64,000 bases of DNA from Candidatus Sumerlaeota bacterium (GCA_040766585.1 JAXGQE010000008.1:28500-92499), one strand, 5' to 3'; shown: positions 40,770 to 55,240, counted from the stretch's first letter. Numbers and translations are program-made. Notes: generated by a model from the sequence alone, not told the origin.

Positions 40770-42221
40770 ATGAATTTGTCTGCTGGAAAGAAAACAATGA
40801 TTAAGGGTGGTTGGATCATTGCATTCAATGGAAAAGAGCACGCTTTGCTGAAAAACGGGGTTATTGTCATTGAAGGAAACTCTGTGATCCATGTGGGCAA
40901 GGATTATGCCCAGCCGGTGGATAAAGTGGTGGATGCTTCCTCGCATGTGATTTCTCCAGGATTCGTCAGCGTTCATGCTCATATGATGAACAGCCCGATG
41001 AACAAAAGCTTCTTTGAAGACACGGGAAGCCGGCAGTTTGGGATGAGTGCGCTCTATGATTACGGAGCCATTGACAGCGCTGCAACCGAAGATGATTTTC
41101 GTCTGTGCGGTGAGTTTTCAGCGGCTGAAATGATCAAAACCGGCATGACCACGGTTGTTGAACTGAACAGACAGAATGCGGACATTGCTCACAAAATTAT
41201 TGGAGAAAGCGGTCTGAGAGGGTATGTCGTTCCCGCTTTCAAATCGGGATCCTGGTACACTCCGGACGGGAAAAAGGTGCACTACAAATGGAATGAAGAA
41301 GCCGGGATGAAAAGCCTGGAATATGCTGTTGATTTCATCGACAAAGTGAAGGGTACATACGATGGCAGGATCAGTTCAATGCTGAGTCCCTACCAGATCG
41401 ATACGGTGACTCCCGAACTGTTTGCAGCAGCCAAAGAATACGCTGAAAAACTAGGGGTCAGACTGCAGGTTCATGCCGCCCAGTCTCTGGTAGAGTTTAG
41501 AGAGATCATGGAACGTTACGGAATGACTCCCATTGAATGGCTTCACGAACTGGGCATTCTAAATGAAAATTTGATCATAGGCCACTGCATTTTTATCAGC
41601 GGTCACAGCTCTGTGGCGTATCCGGGAGACAGAGATCTTGAGCTTTTGGCGGAAGCAAAAGCGTATGTGGCACACTGCCCGTGGGTATTTGCCCGCAGAT
41701 CCATCATCCTGGAGTCATTGTCCAAGTATCTGAAGATGGGCATTCCGGTGGCCATGGGAACCGATACTTTCCCCCAGGATTTGCTGAACGAAATGAGAAT
41801 TGCAGCCGTTGCCTCGAAAATTCACGATCAGGATACAGCGACGGCCACGGCCAGACAGGTATTTGATGCGGCAACGCTGACCGGTGCAAAAGCTCTCAAT
41901 CGGGATGACATCGGGCGGATTGCCAAAGGAGCCAAGGCGGATCTGGTCTTCTTCAAAACAGATACACTGAGGATGTCGCCTCTGAGAGATCCCATCAAGA
42001 ACATAGTTTTCAATGCAAACGGCCAGGACGTGGACAAAGTCATGGTGGACGGGAAGTTCCTTGTTGAAGACGGGAAACTGCTCCACATGGATGAAGAGAA
42101 GATTGCGAAAGATTTTCAGAAGATGCTGGAACGATTGTGGCCTCAAGCCGAAAAATATGACCGGGCGGGCCGGTCCATGGAAGAACTATCACCCATGTCC
42201 ATCCCTGAGTGGAGCGAATAG
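40770..42221 (+). CDS. Amidohydrolase (chlorohydrolase/nucleoside-deaminase-like family)
   Basis: PGFVSVHAH, VHAAQ, GHC, HCP, MGTD, GAKADLV. Confidence 0.85.
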   Translation: MNLSAGKKTMIKGGWIIAFNGKEHALLKNGVIVIEGNSVIHVGKDYAQPVDKVVDASSHVISPGFVSVHAHMMNSPMNKSFFEDTGSRQFGMSALYDYGAIDSAATEDDFRLCGEFSAAEMIKTGMTTVVELNRQNADIAHKIIGESGLRGYVVPAFKSGSWYTPDGKKVHYKWNEEAGMKSLEYAVDFIDKVKGTYDGRISSMLSPYQIDTVTPELFAAAKEYAEKLGVRLQVHAAQSLVEFREIMERYGMTPIEWLHELGILNENLIIGHCIFISGHSSVAYPGDRDLELLAEAKAYVAHCPWVFARRSIILESLSKYLKMGIPVAMGTDTFPQDLLNEMRIAAVASKIHDQDTATATARQVFDAATLTGAKALNRDDIGRIAKGAKADLVFFKTDTLRMSPLRDPIKNIVFNANGQDVDKVMVDGKFLVEDGKLLHMDEEKIAKDFQKMLERLWPQAEKYDRAGRSMEELSPMSIPEWSE

Positions 42222-42339
42222 CACTGTCTGACAGACCGGTCGTATCAGGGAGAGATCGTGGGGATCCCAATGGATGTCAGGGAGCTGTCAAAGGCTGTGC
42301 TGAATCCAATTACGCAATGGAGAGAGGAGCGTTGAAACC

Positions 42340-42528
42340 ATGAAAGCACGAGTGAATCAAGATGACTGCATTGGCTGCGGAGCGTGTGCAGGAACCTGCC
42401 CCGAGGTATTCCGTCTGGGGGAAAGCGGAAAAAGCGAAGTGTATGTAGATGAAATTAAAGGCGAATGGGAAGACGGAGTCCGAGCTGCTGCCGACGGCTG
42501 CCCCATGGGAGCCATCAGCATCGAATAG
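42340..42528 (+). CDS. Single-cluster ferredoxin
   Basis: CIGCGACAGTCP...CPMGAI; RBS GAGGAG. Confidence 0.9.
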   Translation: MKARVNQDDCIGCGACAGTCPEVFRLGESGKSEVYVDEIKGEWEDGVRAAADGCPMGAISIE

Positions 42529-42621
42529 GTTGAATCCAAAAGAAAGCTTCTGCTCATGCAGAAGCTTTTTCTATTTGATTATGATACAATGAACAGAGAT
42601 TGCACCGAAAGGGGATTCTTG

Positions 42622-43593
42622 ATGAAAATCGGAACTGTGGTTTTGGACAATCCATTGATCATGGCTCCTCTGGCTGGAGTAACCGATTACCCATTCAGGC
42701 AAATCGTAAAAGAATTCGGAGCTGCCCTGGTGTACACAGAAATGATCAGCGCCCAGGGCCTTCTTCACCATAATCGTCAGACACAGCGGATACTGGATAT
42801 TTCAGCCAAAGAAAAACCCACAGCAGTGCAGTTGTTTGGAAAAGAGCCGACTGTTCTTGCTCAAGCAGCTGCAATGGCGGTGGAACGCGGCGCAGACATC
42901 ATTGATGTCAATATGGGCTGTCCAGTGCCAAAGATCGTAAAGAATCAAGAAGGCTCATACCTGATGAAAACCCCGGATCGGGTACGGCGAATCATTGCAG
43001 AATTGGTAAACACCGTTTCAGTGCCTGTCACGGTGAAGATTCGTAAAGGATGGGATCCGGATCATGTCAATACGGTGGAAATTGCCCAGATATGCGAAAA
43101 AGAAGGTGCATCAGCAGTGGCCGTTCATGCCAGGACCCGGGATCAGTACTACGCCGGTAAGGCGGACTGGGATTGCATCGCCCGAGTGAAAGACGCCCTG
43201 CAGATCCCTGTGATTGGCAATGGAGATATCAATGATCCGGAGGATATTCTGAAAATGATTAATCAGACCGGGTGCGATGCGGTGATGATTGGACGTGCCG
43301 CCATGGGCAACCCCTGGATCTTCTCACGAGGGAAGGCCTATCTGGAAACCGGGATCGTACCCCCTCCGCCTTCTGTGTACGGAAAGATTGCCACAGCCAT
43401 TGTGCATTTGCACAACCTGGTTAATTACAAAGGGGAAAGCACCGGCGTCAAAGAGATGAGAAAACATGCTTCCTGGTATATCAAAGGGCTGAAAGGATCT
43501 ACTGAGATCCGGGTAAAAATCAATCGAGCCATGACACTGGCGGAGATGGAGTCTATTCTTTTGGAGTACGGTGAACATCTGGTTCGCCAATGA
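42622..43593 (+). CDS. dusB: tRNA dihydrouridine synthase
   Basis: APLAG, NMGCP, VTVKIR, VHART, GNGD, MIGR. Confidence 0.93.
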   Translation: MKIGTVVLDNPLIMAPLAGVTDYPFRQIVKEFGAALVYTEMISAQGLLHHNRQTQRILDISAKEKPTAVQLFGKEPTVLAQAAAMAVERGADIIDVNMGCPVPKIVKNQEGSYLMKTPDRVRRIIAELVNTVSVPVTVKIRKGWDPDHVNTVEIAQICEKEGASAVAVHARTRDQYYAGKADWDCIARVKDALQIPVIGNGDINDPEDILKMINQTGCDAVMIGRAAMGNPWIFSRGKAYLETGIVPPPPSVYGKIATAIVHLHNLVNYKGESTGVKEMRKHASWYIKGLKGSTEIRVKINRAMTLAEMESILLEYGEHLVRQ

Positions 43594-43614
43594 ACCAACT
43601 GTTATACAAGACAT

Positions 43615-43643
43615 AAGGGGGCAGCGTAGGGCTGTCCCTTTTT
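43615..43643 (+). terminator. Intrinsic terminator after dusB
   Basis: AAGGGGCAGC-GTAGG-GCTGTCCCTT + TTT. Confidence 0.6.
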
Positions 43644-43656
43644 CAATGGAAGCATA

Positions 43657-43710
43657 TTGATTTTCACGGACCGGACTGGTACAATATCAATGAACACAAA
43701 AATGTGCACA
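43657..43710 (+). promoter_or_regulatory. Sigma-A promoter with downstream imperfect palindrome (candidate operator)
   Basis: TTGATT-17-TACAAT with extended TG; TGAACACA-AAAA-TGTGCACA at 43691-43710. Confidence 0.55.
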
Positions 43711-43730
43711 CTAGGCAAGGAGGTGCTGCA

Positions 43731-44255
43731 GTGGATTTTGTTCGAATTGGAGATAAAATAATCAGCCGCAGTAAAGTCATCAAGGTAATCGACAAGATCT
43801 TTTCCTTGCGAAGCCGTGGGTGGTCCCAGCAGGAAATCGCCGATGAGATCGGTACTGATCGAAGTTTTGTTTCTCGACTGGAGACTCTGGCTGAAGTACG
43901 ACGAGGCAAACGGATTGCCTTGATTGGGTTCCCGATCAGCAATAAAGAAGAGATCGAGGAAGTAGCCGTGGAGGAAGGTGTCGAGTTTACACTTCTGCTG
44001 ACCGAAAAGGAACGGTGGGGGTTTGTCCAGGACAAAAGCGGGCTTCAGGTTTTTGATGAAATCATGAAAATCCTTTCTGACATCCGCAGTTTTGATGTGG
44101 TTATTATTATGGCATCCAACAAACGAGTGGCCCTGGTGGAAGGACTGCTGGACAAGGAAGTGATCAGTGTAGAGATTGGCCGGTCACCCATCGGAAGCGA
44201 TATCCGGGTGGAACCGGACACAATCAGAGATATCATCCGTAGCGTTCAAAAGTGA
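43731..44255 (+). CDS. HTH transcriptional regulator
   Basis: LRSRGWSQQEIADEIGTDRSFVSRLE; GTG start after AGGAGG. Confidence 0.8.
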   Translation: MDFVRIGDKIISRSKVIKVIDKIFSLRSRGWSQQEIADEIGTDRSFVSRLETLAEVRRGKRIALIGFPISNKEEIEEVAVEEGVEFTLLLTEKERWGFVQDKSGLQVFDEIMKILSDIRSFDVVIIMASNKRVALVEGLLDKEVISVEIGRSPIGSDIRVEPDTIRDIIRSVQK

Positions 44256-44280
44256 GGATATCATACTGGAGGTCATATCA

Positions 44281-45189
44281 ATGAAGAATATTGTCAGTGT
44301 AAGCCTTGGGTCCTCAAAAAGAAACAGTGTTGCGGAATTGGAGATACTCGGCGAACAGGTACGGATCGAACGAATCGGAACGGATGGAGATCAGCATAAA
44401 GCCATCCAGCTGATTCAGGAAATGGATGGGAAAGTGGATGCATTCGGAATGGGCGGAATCGACCTGTATGTATGGGCTGGAAAGAAGCGCTATGTTCTCA
44501 GGGATGCGGTTCCCATCGCCAAAGCGGCAAAAATCACACCAATTGTTGACGGCAGCGGGTTGAAAAACACTCTGGAGCGCCGAGTCATCTACTATCTGCA
44601 GGAAGAGAAGAAAATTGATTTTCGGGGACGGAAGGTTTTGATGGTCTGCGGAGTGGATCGATTCGGTATGGCTGAAGCTCTTACGGAAGTAGGGAGCAGG
44701 ATGACTTTCGGCGATTTGATTTTTGTGGTGGGGCTGCCGCTGCCCATTCATTCTTTAGGGAGCCTTCACCTGGCCGCCTCAATTCTCGGTCCGATTATCA
44801 GCAAACTACCATTCAGCATGCTGTATCCCACCGGATCGAAACAAGAAAAGGTACAGCCCAAATACGCACGCTATTACCATGAAAACGAAATAATCGCGGG
44901 GGACTTCCATTTTATCCGGCGGTACATGCCGGAAAAGATGGAAGGTAAAATTATCATTACCAACACGGTGACCAAAGATGATGTGGAAGAACTCCGATCC
45001 AGGGGTGTATCCACACTGATTACCACCACACCGGAATTGAATGGTCGTTCTTTCGGGACCAATGTAATGGAAGGAGTTCTAGTGGCCTTATCCGACAAGA
45101 ACTACAAAGACCTGACCCCCCAGGATTACAGTGAACTTCTGGACAGGATTGGATTTGCACCGAGAATAGAGCATCTAAACGATAATTAG
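44281..45189 (+). CDS. Conserved hypothetical protein (family often auto-labelled quinate 5-dehydrogenase; function unproven)
   Basis: VSVSLGSS, RIGTDGD, GMGGID, DGSGLKNTLER, GRSFGTNVME pattern. Confidence 0.6.
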   Translation: MKNIVSVSLGSSKRNSVAELEILGEQVRIERIGTDGDQHKAIQLIQEMDGKVDAFGMGGIDLYVWAGKKRYVLRDAVPIAKAAKITPIVDGSGLKNTLERRVIYYLQEEKKIDFRGRKVLMVCGVDRFGMAEALTEVGSRMTFGDLIFVVGLPLPIHSLGSLHLAASILGPIISKLPFSMLYPTGSKQEKVQPKYARYYHENEIIAGDFHFIRRYMPEKMEGKIIITNTVTKDDVEELRSRGVSTLITTTPELNGRSFGTNVMEGVLVALSDKNYKDLTPQDYSELLDRIGFAPRIEHLNDN

Positions 45190-45202
45190 GAAGGGGATCT
45201 AC

Positions 45203-46288
45203 ATGGAGAAATTCGGTTTTATCTTGCATCCCATAACAGTACGGGATATATCCCGAAAGTTCGGATTTGCCAAACACCTGCCCGATTCAGTACTCGAAAG
45301 TTTGTTTAAGATGGTTCCTCCCCTGAAAGTGTCTCACATCACCGGGGTTAAATCCGACTACAATGAAGCAGAGGGCTGGTTTGTCGCTGTCCCCCTGACG
45401 CCCGCACAAATGACGGGTCTTCCGCTGCCTTTTGTGATGAACCGGATTATCCAGGCGGGGAAAATTGCAGAAAAACAAGGAGCTAAAATTGTTGGGCTGG
45501 GTGCCTTTACATCAGTGGTTGGGGATGCAGGCATTACGGTGGCCAAGCATCTGAATATTGCCGTAACCACAGGAAACAGCTATACTGTTGCCACCGCTCT
45601 GCAGGGAACTGAAAAAGCAGCGGCTTTGATGGATATTGATATGAATCAGGCTCAGGTGGTGGTCCTTGGGGCTACCGGTGCCATCGGCAGTGTCTGTTCC
45701 CAGATTATGGCCCGTGACGGAAGAAATCTCACCCTGGTGGCCAGAGATGAATCAAAACTGGATGGCTTGGCGTCCAGGCTGACAGCCGAATATGATGCCT
45801 CCGTCAATGTTTCAGCAGACGTAAAAAAATCCGTGATGAACGCCGATGTAATTGTGGCAGTCAGCAGCGCGGTGGAAGCGTTGATTGATGGTGAAGATCT
45901 GAAACCCGGAGCCATTGTGTGCGATGTGGCTCGTCCTCGAAGTGTATCCAAGGCCGTCAGTGAAACCCGGGATGATGTCCTGGTTATTGAAGGCGGGGTT
46001 GTGGAACCGCCAGGAGATGTGGACTTTAATTTCAACTTCGGCTTCCCGCCCAAGAATGCGTATGCCTGCATGTCCGAAACTATGATTCTCGCCTTGGAGA
46101 AGCGCTATGAAAACTTCTCTTTAGGAAGAGACATGACCATGCAGCAGATCGAAGAAATATCACAGCTGGCTGACAAGCACGGGTTCAAGCTTGCCGGGTT
46201 CCGCAGTTTTGAGAAAGCGTTGATGCCAGAGGATATCGACCGGATCCGAAAGAATGCTGCAGAACGGCGAATGAAGCTCAACGCATAG
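45203..46288 (+). CDS. Acyl-ACP reductase-like NAD(P)-binding oxidoreductase (COG5322-like)
   Basis: LGAFTS, TTGN, GATGAIGS Rossmann motif, EGG, YACMSE, NFSLGR, HGF. Confidence 0.65.
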   Translation: MEKFGFILHPITVRDISRKFGFAKHLPDSVLESLFKMVPPLKVSHITGVKSDYNEAEGWFVAVPLTPAQMTGLPLPFVMNRIIQAGKIAEKQGAKIVGLGAFTSVVGDAGITVAKHLNIAVTTGNSYTVATALQGTEKAAALMDIDMNQAQVVVLGATGAIGSVCSQIMARDGRNLTLVARDESKLDGLASRLTAEYDASVNVSADVKKSVMNADVIVAVSSAVEALIDGEDLKPGAIVCDVARPRSVSKAVSETRDDVLVIEGGVVEPPGDVDFNFNFGFPPKNAYACMSETMILALEKRYENFSLGRDMTMQQIEEISQLADKHGFKLAGFRSFEKALMPEDIDRIRKNAAERRMKLNA

Positions 46289-46466
46289 GATGAATTTGTC
46301 AGGAAGGAGAGCGCGCTCTCCTTCCTTTTCCATCCCTGGAAGATGGAAAAGGCGGAGATTTACGGAATTACTGAAAAAATAGAGGAATGAAATGATATTT
46401 GTAGAATAGAAAAATGAATTTTCAATCATCAGAGTTTAAGAGCGTCTGATTTGCATTTGGGTATGA

Positions 46467-46495
46467 TTGACAAAGTTTGGGCATGGTCTTATAAT
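46467..46495 (+). promoter_or_regulatory. Consensus sigma-A promoter of greA-lysS
   Basis: TTGACA-17 bp-TATAAT perfect match. Confidence 0.85.
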
Positions 46496-46666
46496 TAGGA
46501 AGACACAAATGCTGTCTACATAGTCCGAAACATGTATCAGGATGCTGTCCTGATACTAATTTTCGTCTCAGTGTGATGCCAGTTCGGCCTTATGGATCCA
46601 TAGCAAATGGGGTCCTTTATTCTATATGAAAAGCATGATGAGTACAGGTAAAGGAGAGCGAAAACA

Positions 46667-47143
46667 ATGGCAGAAAAAGAAGTCATTTTGACGGCCGGCG
46701 GCCTGAACAAACTCGAGACCGAGCTGGAACATCTGAAAACAGTGAAACGCAGGGAGGTAGCTGAACGGATCAAACAGGCTCGGGAATTCGGTGATATCAG
46801 CGAGAACTCCGAATATGAGGACGCCAAGAATGAACAGGCATTTATTGAAGGGCGAATTTTAACCTTGGAAAAAATGCTGCGGGGAGCTCGTTTGATTGAC
46901 GATGATGATATCAGTACCACCCAGGTCAATGTGGGCAGCAAAGTGACATTGAAAGATATAGAATCCGGAGATATTTTCCAGTATTTAATCGTGGGTTCTG
47001 CTGAAGCGAATCCACGGGAAAGCAAGATCTCCAACGAATCGCCGGTTGGAAAAGCACTGCTGGGACTTCCTCCCGGAAGCACGGTGGAAGTGAAAGTCCC
47101 GGCTGGTATCATGAAGTACGAAATATTGGCCATCGCCCGATAA
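46667..47143 (+). CDS. greA: Transcription elongation factor GreA
   Basis: [26 protein letters not shown]. Confidence 0.96.
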   Translation: MAEKEVILTAGGLNKLETELEHLKTVKRREVAERIKQAREFGDISENSEYEDAKNEQAFIEGRILTLEKMLRGARLIDDDDISTTQVNVGSKVTLKDIESGDIFQYLIVGSAEANPRESKISNESPVGKALLGLPPGSTVEVKVPAGIMKYEILAIAR

Positions 47144-47165
47144 CAAACCAAATGGAGGGCTACCT

Positions 47166-48647
47166 ATGACGGAAGAATTCAGTATGGATGAAATACACGA
47201 ACTGGTCGCTTTGCGCATGAGCAAAGCCGATGAGCTTCGCGAAAAGGGTATTGACCCATACGGGGATAAGTTTACACGCAACGCTGAAGCCTGTGAAATT
47301 ATTGAGAAATTTGATGAATTCGAAGGTTCTGAAGTGAAAATAGCCGGGCGGATTATGAGCAGACGTGAACACGGGAAAGCAGCTTTTGCGGATCTCCAGG
47401 ACATGACAGGAAAAATCCAATTGTACTTCAGAAAAGATGATCTGGGAGATGAGCCCTACGAAGTGTATACCCGGCTGGTGGACACAGGGGACATCATTGG
47501 CGTGGAAGGGAAAGTATTCCGCACCCGGAGAGGCGAAATATCCATTGCCGTGAAAGAGTTTACCGTCCTATCCAAAGCGCTGCGTCCGCTGCCTGAAAAA
47601 TGGCACGGTTTAAAGGACGTGGACCTGCGGTATCGCCAAAGGTATCTGGATCTGATTGTCAATCCGGAAGTTCGCGAAACCTTTATTCGTAGAACAAAAA
47701 TTATCCAGGCCATTCGCCGGTATATGGACCGGGAAGGATTTTTGGAAGTTGAAACACCCATGATGCATCCCATTGCTGGCGGCGCCACGGCGCGACCCTT
47801 CGTGACCCACCACAATGCTCTGGACATGAAGATGTTTTTGCGGATTGCGCCGGAATTGTACCTGAAGCGTTTGACCGTTGGTGGGCTGGAAAAAGTCTAC
47901 GAAATCAATCGCAACTTCAGAAACGAAGGAGTATCGACGAAACACAATCCGGAATTCACGATGATGGAGCTTTATCAGGCCTATGCGGACTATGAAGATA
48001 TGATGGCGCTGGCCGAGAATATCATTTACTATACAGCCAAGGAAGTTTTGGGAACTGCTCAGATTACTTACCAGGGAGAGCAAATCAACCTGGCTCCCCC
48101 GTACGAGCGGGTAACCATGCTGGATGCCGTAAAGCAGTATGCCGGAGTCGAGTTTATGAGCATTCATTCGGATGTAGAAGCCCGAGCGGCTGCCAGAAGC
48201 CTGAAATTGACGGTTGAACCCAACACCACTCGCTCCCAGGTGCTGGACGAGATCTGGGGTGAATATGTCGAGAAGAACCTCATACAGCCGACCTTTGTTT
48301 TGGATTATCCCACGGAAATTTCACCGCTGGCCAAGAAAAAGAAGGATGATCCCCGGCTGACCTATCGATTTGAACTGTTCATTTTCGGCCGGGAAATGGC
48401 CAATGCGTTTTCAGAACTCAATGATCCCGTGGATCAGAGAGACCGATTTATGCAGCAGATGGCTGAACGGGAAAAGGGCGATGATGAAGCGCACCAGATG
48501 GATGAAGATTATGTAACCGCCCTTGAATACGGTCTGCCCCCCACCGGGGGAATGGGGATCGGCATCGATCGGCTGGTGATGCTTTTAACGGATTCTGCAT
48601 CCATCCGGGATGTTATATTGTTCCCGCAAATGAGACCTCGAGAGTAA
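47166..48647 (+). CDS. lysS: Lysine--tRNA ligase (class II)
   Basis: RYRQRYLDL, EVETP, FRNEG, PPTGGMGIGIDR. Confidence 0.97.
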   Translation: MTEEFSMDEIHELVALRMSKADELREKGIDPYGDKFTRNAEACEIIEKFDEFEGSEVKIAGRIMSRREHGKAAFADLQDMTGKIQLYFRKDDLGDEPYEVYTRLVDTGDIIGVEGKVFRTRRGEISIAVKEFTVLSKALRPLPEKWHGLKDVDLRYRQRYLDLIVNPEVRETFIRRTKIIQAIRRYMDREGFLEVETPMMHPIAGGATARPFVTHHNALDMKMFLRIAPELYLKRLTVGGLEKVYEINRNFRNEGVSTKHNPEFTMMELYQAYADYEDMMALAENIIYYTAKEVLGTAQITYQGEQINLAPPYERVTMLDAVKQYAGVEFMSIHSDVEARAAARSLKLTVEPNTTRSQVLDEIWGEYVEKNLIQPTFVLDYPTEISPLAKKKKDDPRLTYRFELFIFGREMANAFSELNDPVDQRDRFMQQMAEREKGDDEAHQMDEDYVTALEYGLPPTGGMGIGIDRLVMLLTDSASIRDVILFPQMRPRE

Positions 48648-48664
48648 CGATTTTAGTCAAGTAC

Positions 48665-48693
48665 GAGGAGGCCCGTAAGGGCTTTCTCTTTTT
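48665..48693 (+). terminator. Intrinsic terminator after lysS
   Basis: GAGGAGGCCC-GTAA-GGGCTTTCTC + T-run. Confidence 0.7.
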
Positions 48694-48911
48694 CTTTCCC
48701 GATGTCCGGGCGGCGGGTTGGGAAGTTAAAAACAAGTCCAAGTAGCGATAACGAGATATCGGTCAGAATTATATTTCTCAGAGTAGATGAAAAGTGCTGA
48801 AAAACCAGCAAATCTAGTTGTCAATAGTCTGAGATAATGTCACCTAAAAGAGACGAGATTATTCTGAGAATACCCTTTGAATAAGTCAAGAAAGAGTTGA
48901 AGAATTTTGTG

Positions 48912-49043
48912 GGGACGCTGTCCCACTCCCTGTCCTGGCCGGAAGGCAGGTGCCTGATGGGACAGGCACCTAAAAACAGGATGGACAATCACAGGGACTG
49001 TCAAGGGTACACAAGCGAATAAGACCGCTCGCCCTTGACAGTC
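48912..49043 (-). ncRNA. Candidate structured RNA/ssDNA element homologous to 20907-21035
   Basis: GGGAC/GTCCC, AGGTGCCTG/CAGGCACCT, GACTGTCAAGGG/CCCTTGACAGTC stems in the same order as in the first IS. Confidence 0.45.
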
Positions 49044-49058
49044 TGAAGCAAATCCTCT

Positions 49059-50379
49059 CTATGCCCATGGACGGACGGAGCTAAACAGATCATCCAACAT
49101 GGCGAGCATTTCAGCATCTCTCATGAAGCCATAAAGGGGGACAGGGTTTTTAGCACTTTTTCGCCAGGGATGATCGGCCGATGGAGGGGACCCATTTTCA
49201 GGGCGGTTGATTTTTCAACCAGATCCATTTTCTTAGCCTTGATCCAGAATGGCGGTCTGGAAAAGCGCATCTTTGTAGATGCAGCGGATTCCTTGAAGCG
49301 GATGATCCAAGATTTGTCACTTTACCTTCGGTTTACTTATGGTGCTGCATTAACTGATAATGCAGACCCTGGTATGAAAAAGCGCCCTGGTCGATGAGAG
49401 TACGGGTATGTTTGATACAAAGCACCGTAGTGAGATCACAAGAAGAATCCACCGGGCGAAAAGCCGTGGAGGGAGTCTTGCGGAACCACCGCAAATCGGT
49501 TAAAATGGCGGATCATTTCCGGTAAGAAGGCATTGGCTTGTTCCAGGGAAGTAATGCCACTGAGTTCAAACATCACCGGCAATCGACTTTTTGTATAGTG
49601 TTCCAGAGCCGTTCGATACGGCCCTTGGCTTGAGGAGCGGGGCTTTGATCATCTGAATGGCAAGCTCTTGCATGGCCCGTCCGAATTGGGTCAAAGGCTC
49701 AGTGACTCCTTGAAGCTGATCTTCTAGAGAGACAGCCGTATCCTTCGGAGAAAGAAGATGGTGTGGCGGTCACAGTACAATTTCGCCGGACGGCCATATT
49801 CTTTGAGAAGTTGATTCATCACCTGAAAGTAGCCATGCAGACACTCATTTTCCGAAAAATGCAGCCCTAAGATGGCCCCAGTGGCATCATCAATTGCCCC
49901 ATGCAATGTGATGGGCTTTTCATTGGGAATCCAGGCAAAAGGGGAAGCATCCATTTGAACCAGAATGCCTGCCTGTCTTTTACGACGATGGTGTGCCTTT
50001 TCTGGCGATGAATTTTGGGGGCTTTTAATCCCCGCCTGAGCCAGCGTGCGGGTAAACGGTGGGATAACTCACATGGATCTCTTCCATCTCCGCTAAAAGT
50101 CGGGAAATGAGCAAAATTGGCCGATGGATACTTAGTCTGTTTGAGAGAGACTATGTGTGCAAAGCGGATCAGAAACAGCGTGCGGGTGCTCGGACTCCGA
50201 TTTTTATGGATGAGAAACGACGGTCCGTGGTTCAAAACCCCTCCTTTTAAACGGAGCACTTGTCGTTCACTGAGGCCCAACATCTCAGCCGCTGTTTTGA
50301 TGGTAATTACTTTATCAATCGTTTGGTTAATGACCCGGTTGACTTCTTGTTGAGTCATGTTGAATATCTCCCTTCTCAT
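49059..50379 (-). pseudogene. Frameshifted ISNCY/IS1202 transposase (real pseudogene or consensus errors)
   Basis: Fragments LGLSERQVLRL, MDASPF..LHGAIDDATG..YCDRH, C-terminal MLDDLF in different frames. Confidence 0.75.
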
Positions 50380-50450
50380 AGGTGACATTTTATCAGAATA
50401 AATTCAACATGACATTATCACAGAATAACTACAAAACCAGCAAATCTAGT

Positions 50451-50479
50451 TTGACAAGCGTTTTTGATTATGATACTAT
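50451..50479 (+). promoter_or_regulatory. rrn operon sigma-A promoter
   Basis: TTGACA-17 bp-TACTAT with extended TG (TATAAT also at 50477-50482). Confidence 0.7.
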
Positions 50480-50597
50480 AATAAAGCATCTCAACGCAGG
50501 GAGCATGCATTTTCCCTCTTGAGATTTTCTGGTCCTTGACAACTGAACAGTACGAAGGGGAAAGAAGTAAACGAGAGTCAAGACAGACTTTCAGGAT

Positions 50598-52136
<1,539 letters not shown>

Positions 52137-52260
52137 TAGGGAGCAATCCCGAGGTCGAAGGTGCGCAAGCGCACTGGAACACAGGGTAAGACCCCTTCTC
52201 GTACTGTTTGGTTATCAGGGACCAGGAGACTGCACCTTGAAAAATTGCACAGTGAAACGA

Positions 52261-55212
<2,952 letters not shown>

Positions 55213-55240
55213 TCATTCACTGTGCGATTTGAAGGTGCAT

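Larger units (their letters stand above)
48819..50433 (-). mobile_element. Second, divergent IS1202-like (ISNCY) element, 1615 bp, 17-bp target-site duplication AAACCAGCAAATCTAGT (48802-48818 and 50434-50450)
   Basis: TGT...ACA ends; IRs TGTCAATAGTCTGAGATAATGTCACC / TGTAGTTATTCTGTGATAATGTCATG; transposase fragments homologous to 21042-22373. Confidence 0.88.

Noticed and set aside
32378-48693. Similar GC hairpins with GTAG/GTAA loops at 32378, 43615 and 48665 as a repeat family
   Set aside because: Adequately explained as ordinary intrinsic terminators; similarity is limited
52137-52260. tRNA in 16S-23S spacer
   Set aside because: Spacer is about 125 bp and explained by processing stems; no cloverleaf
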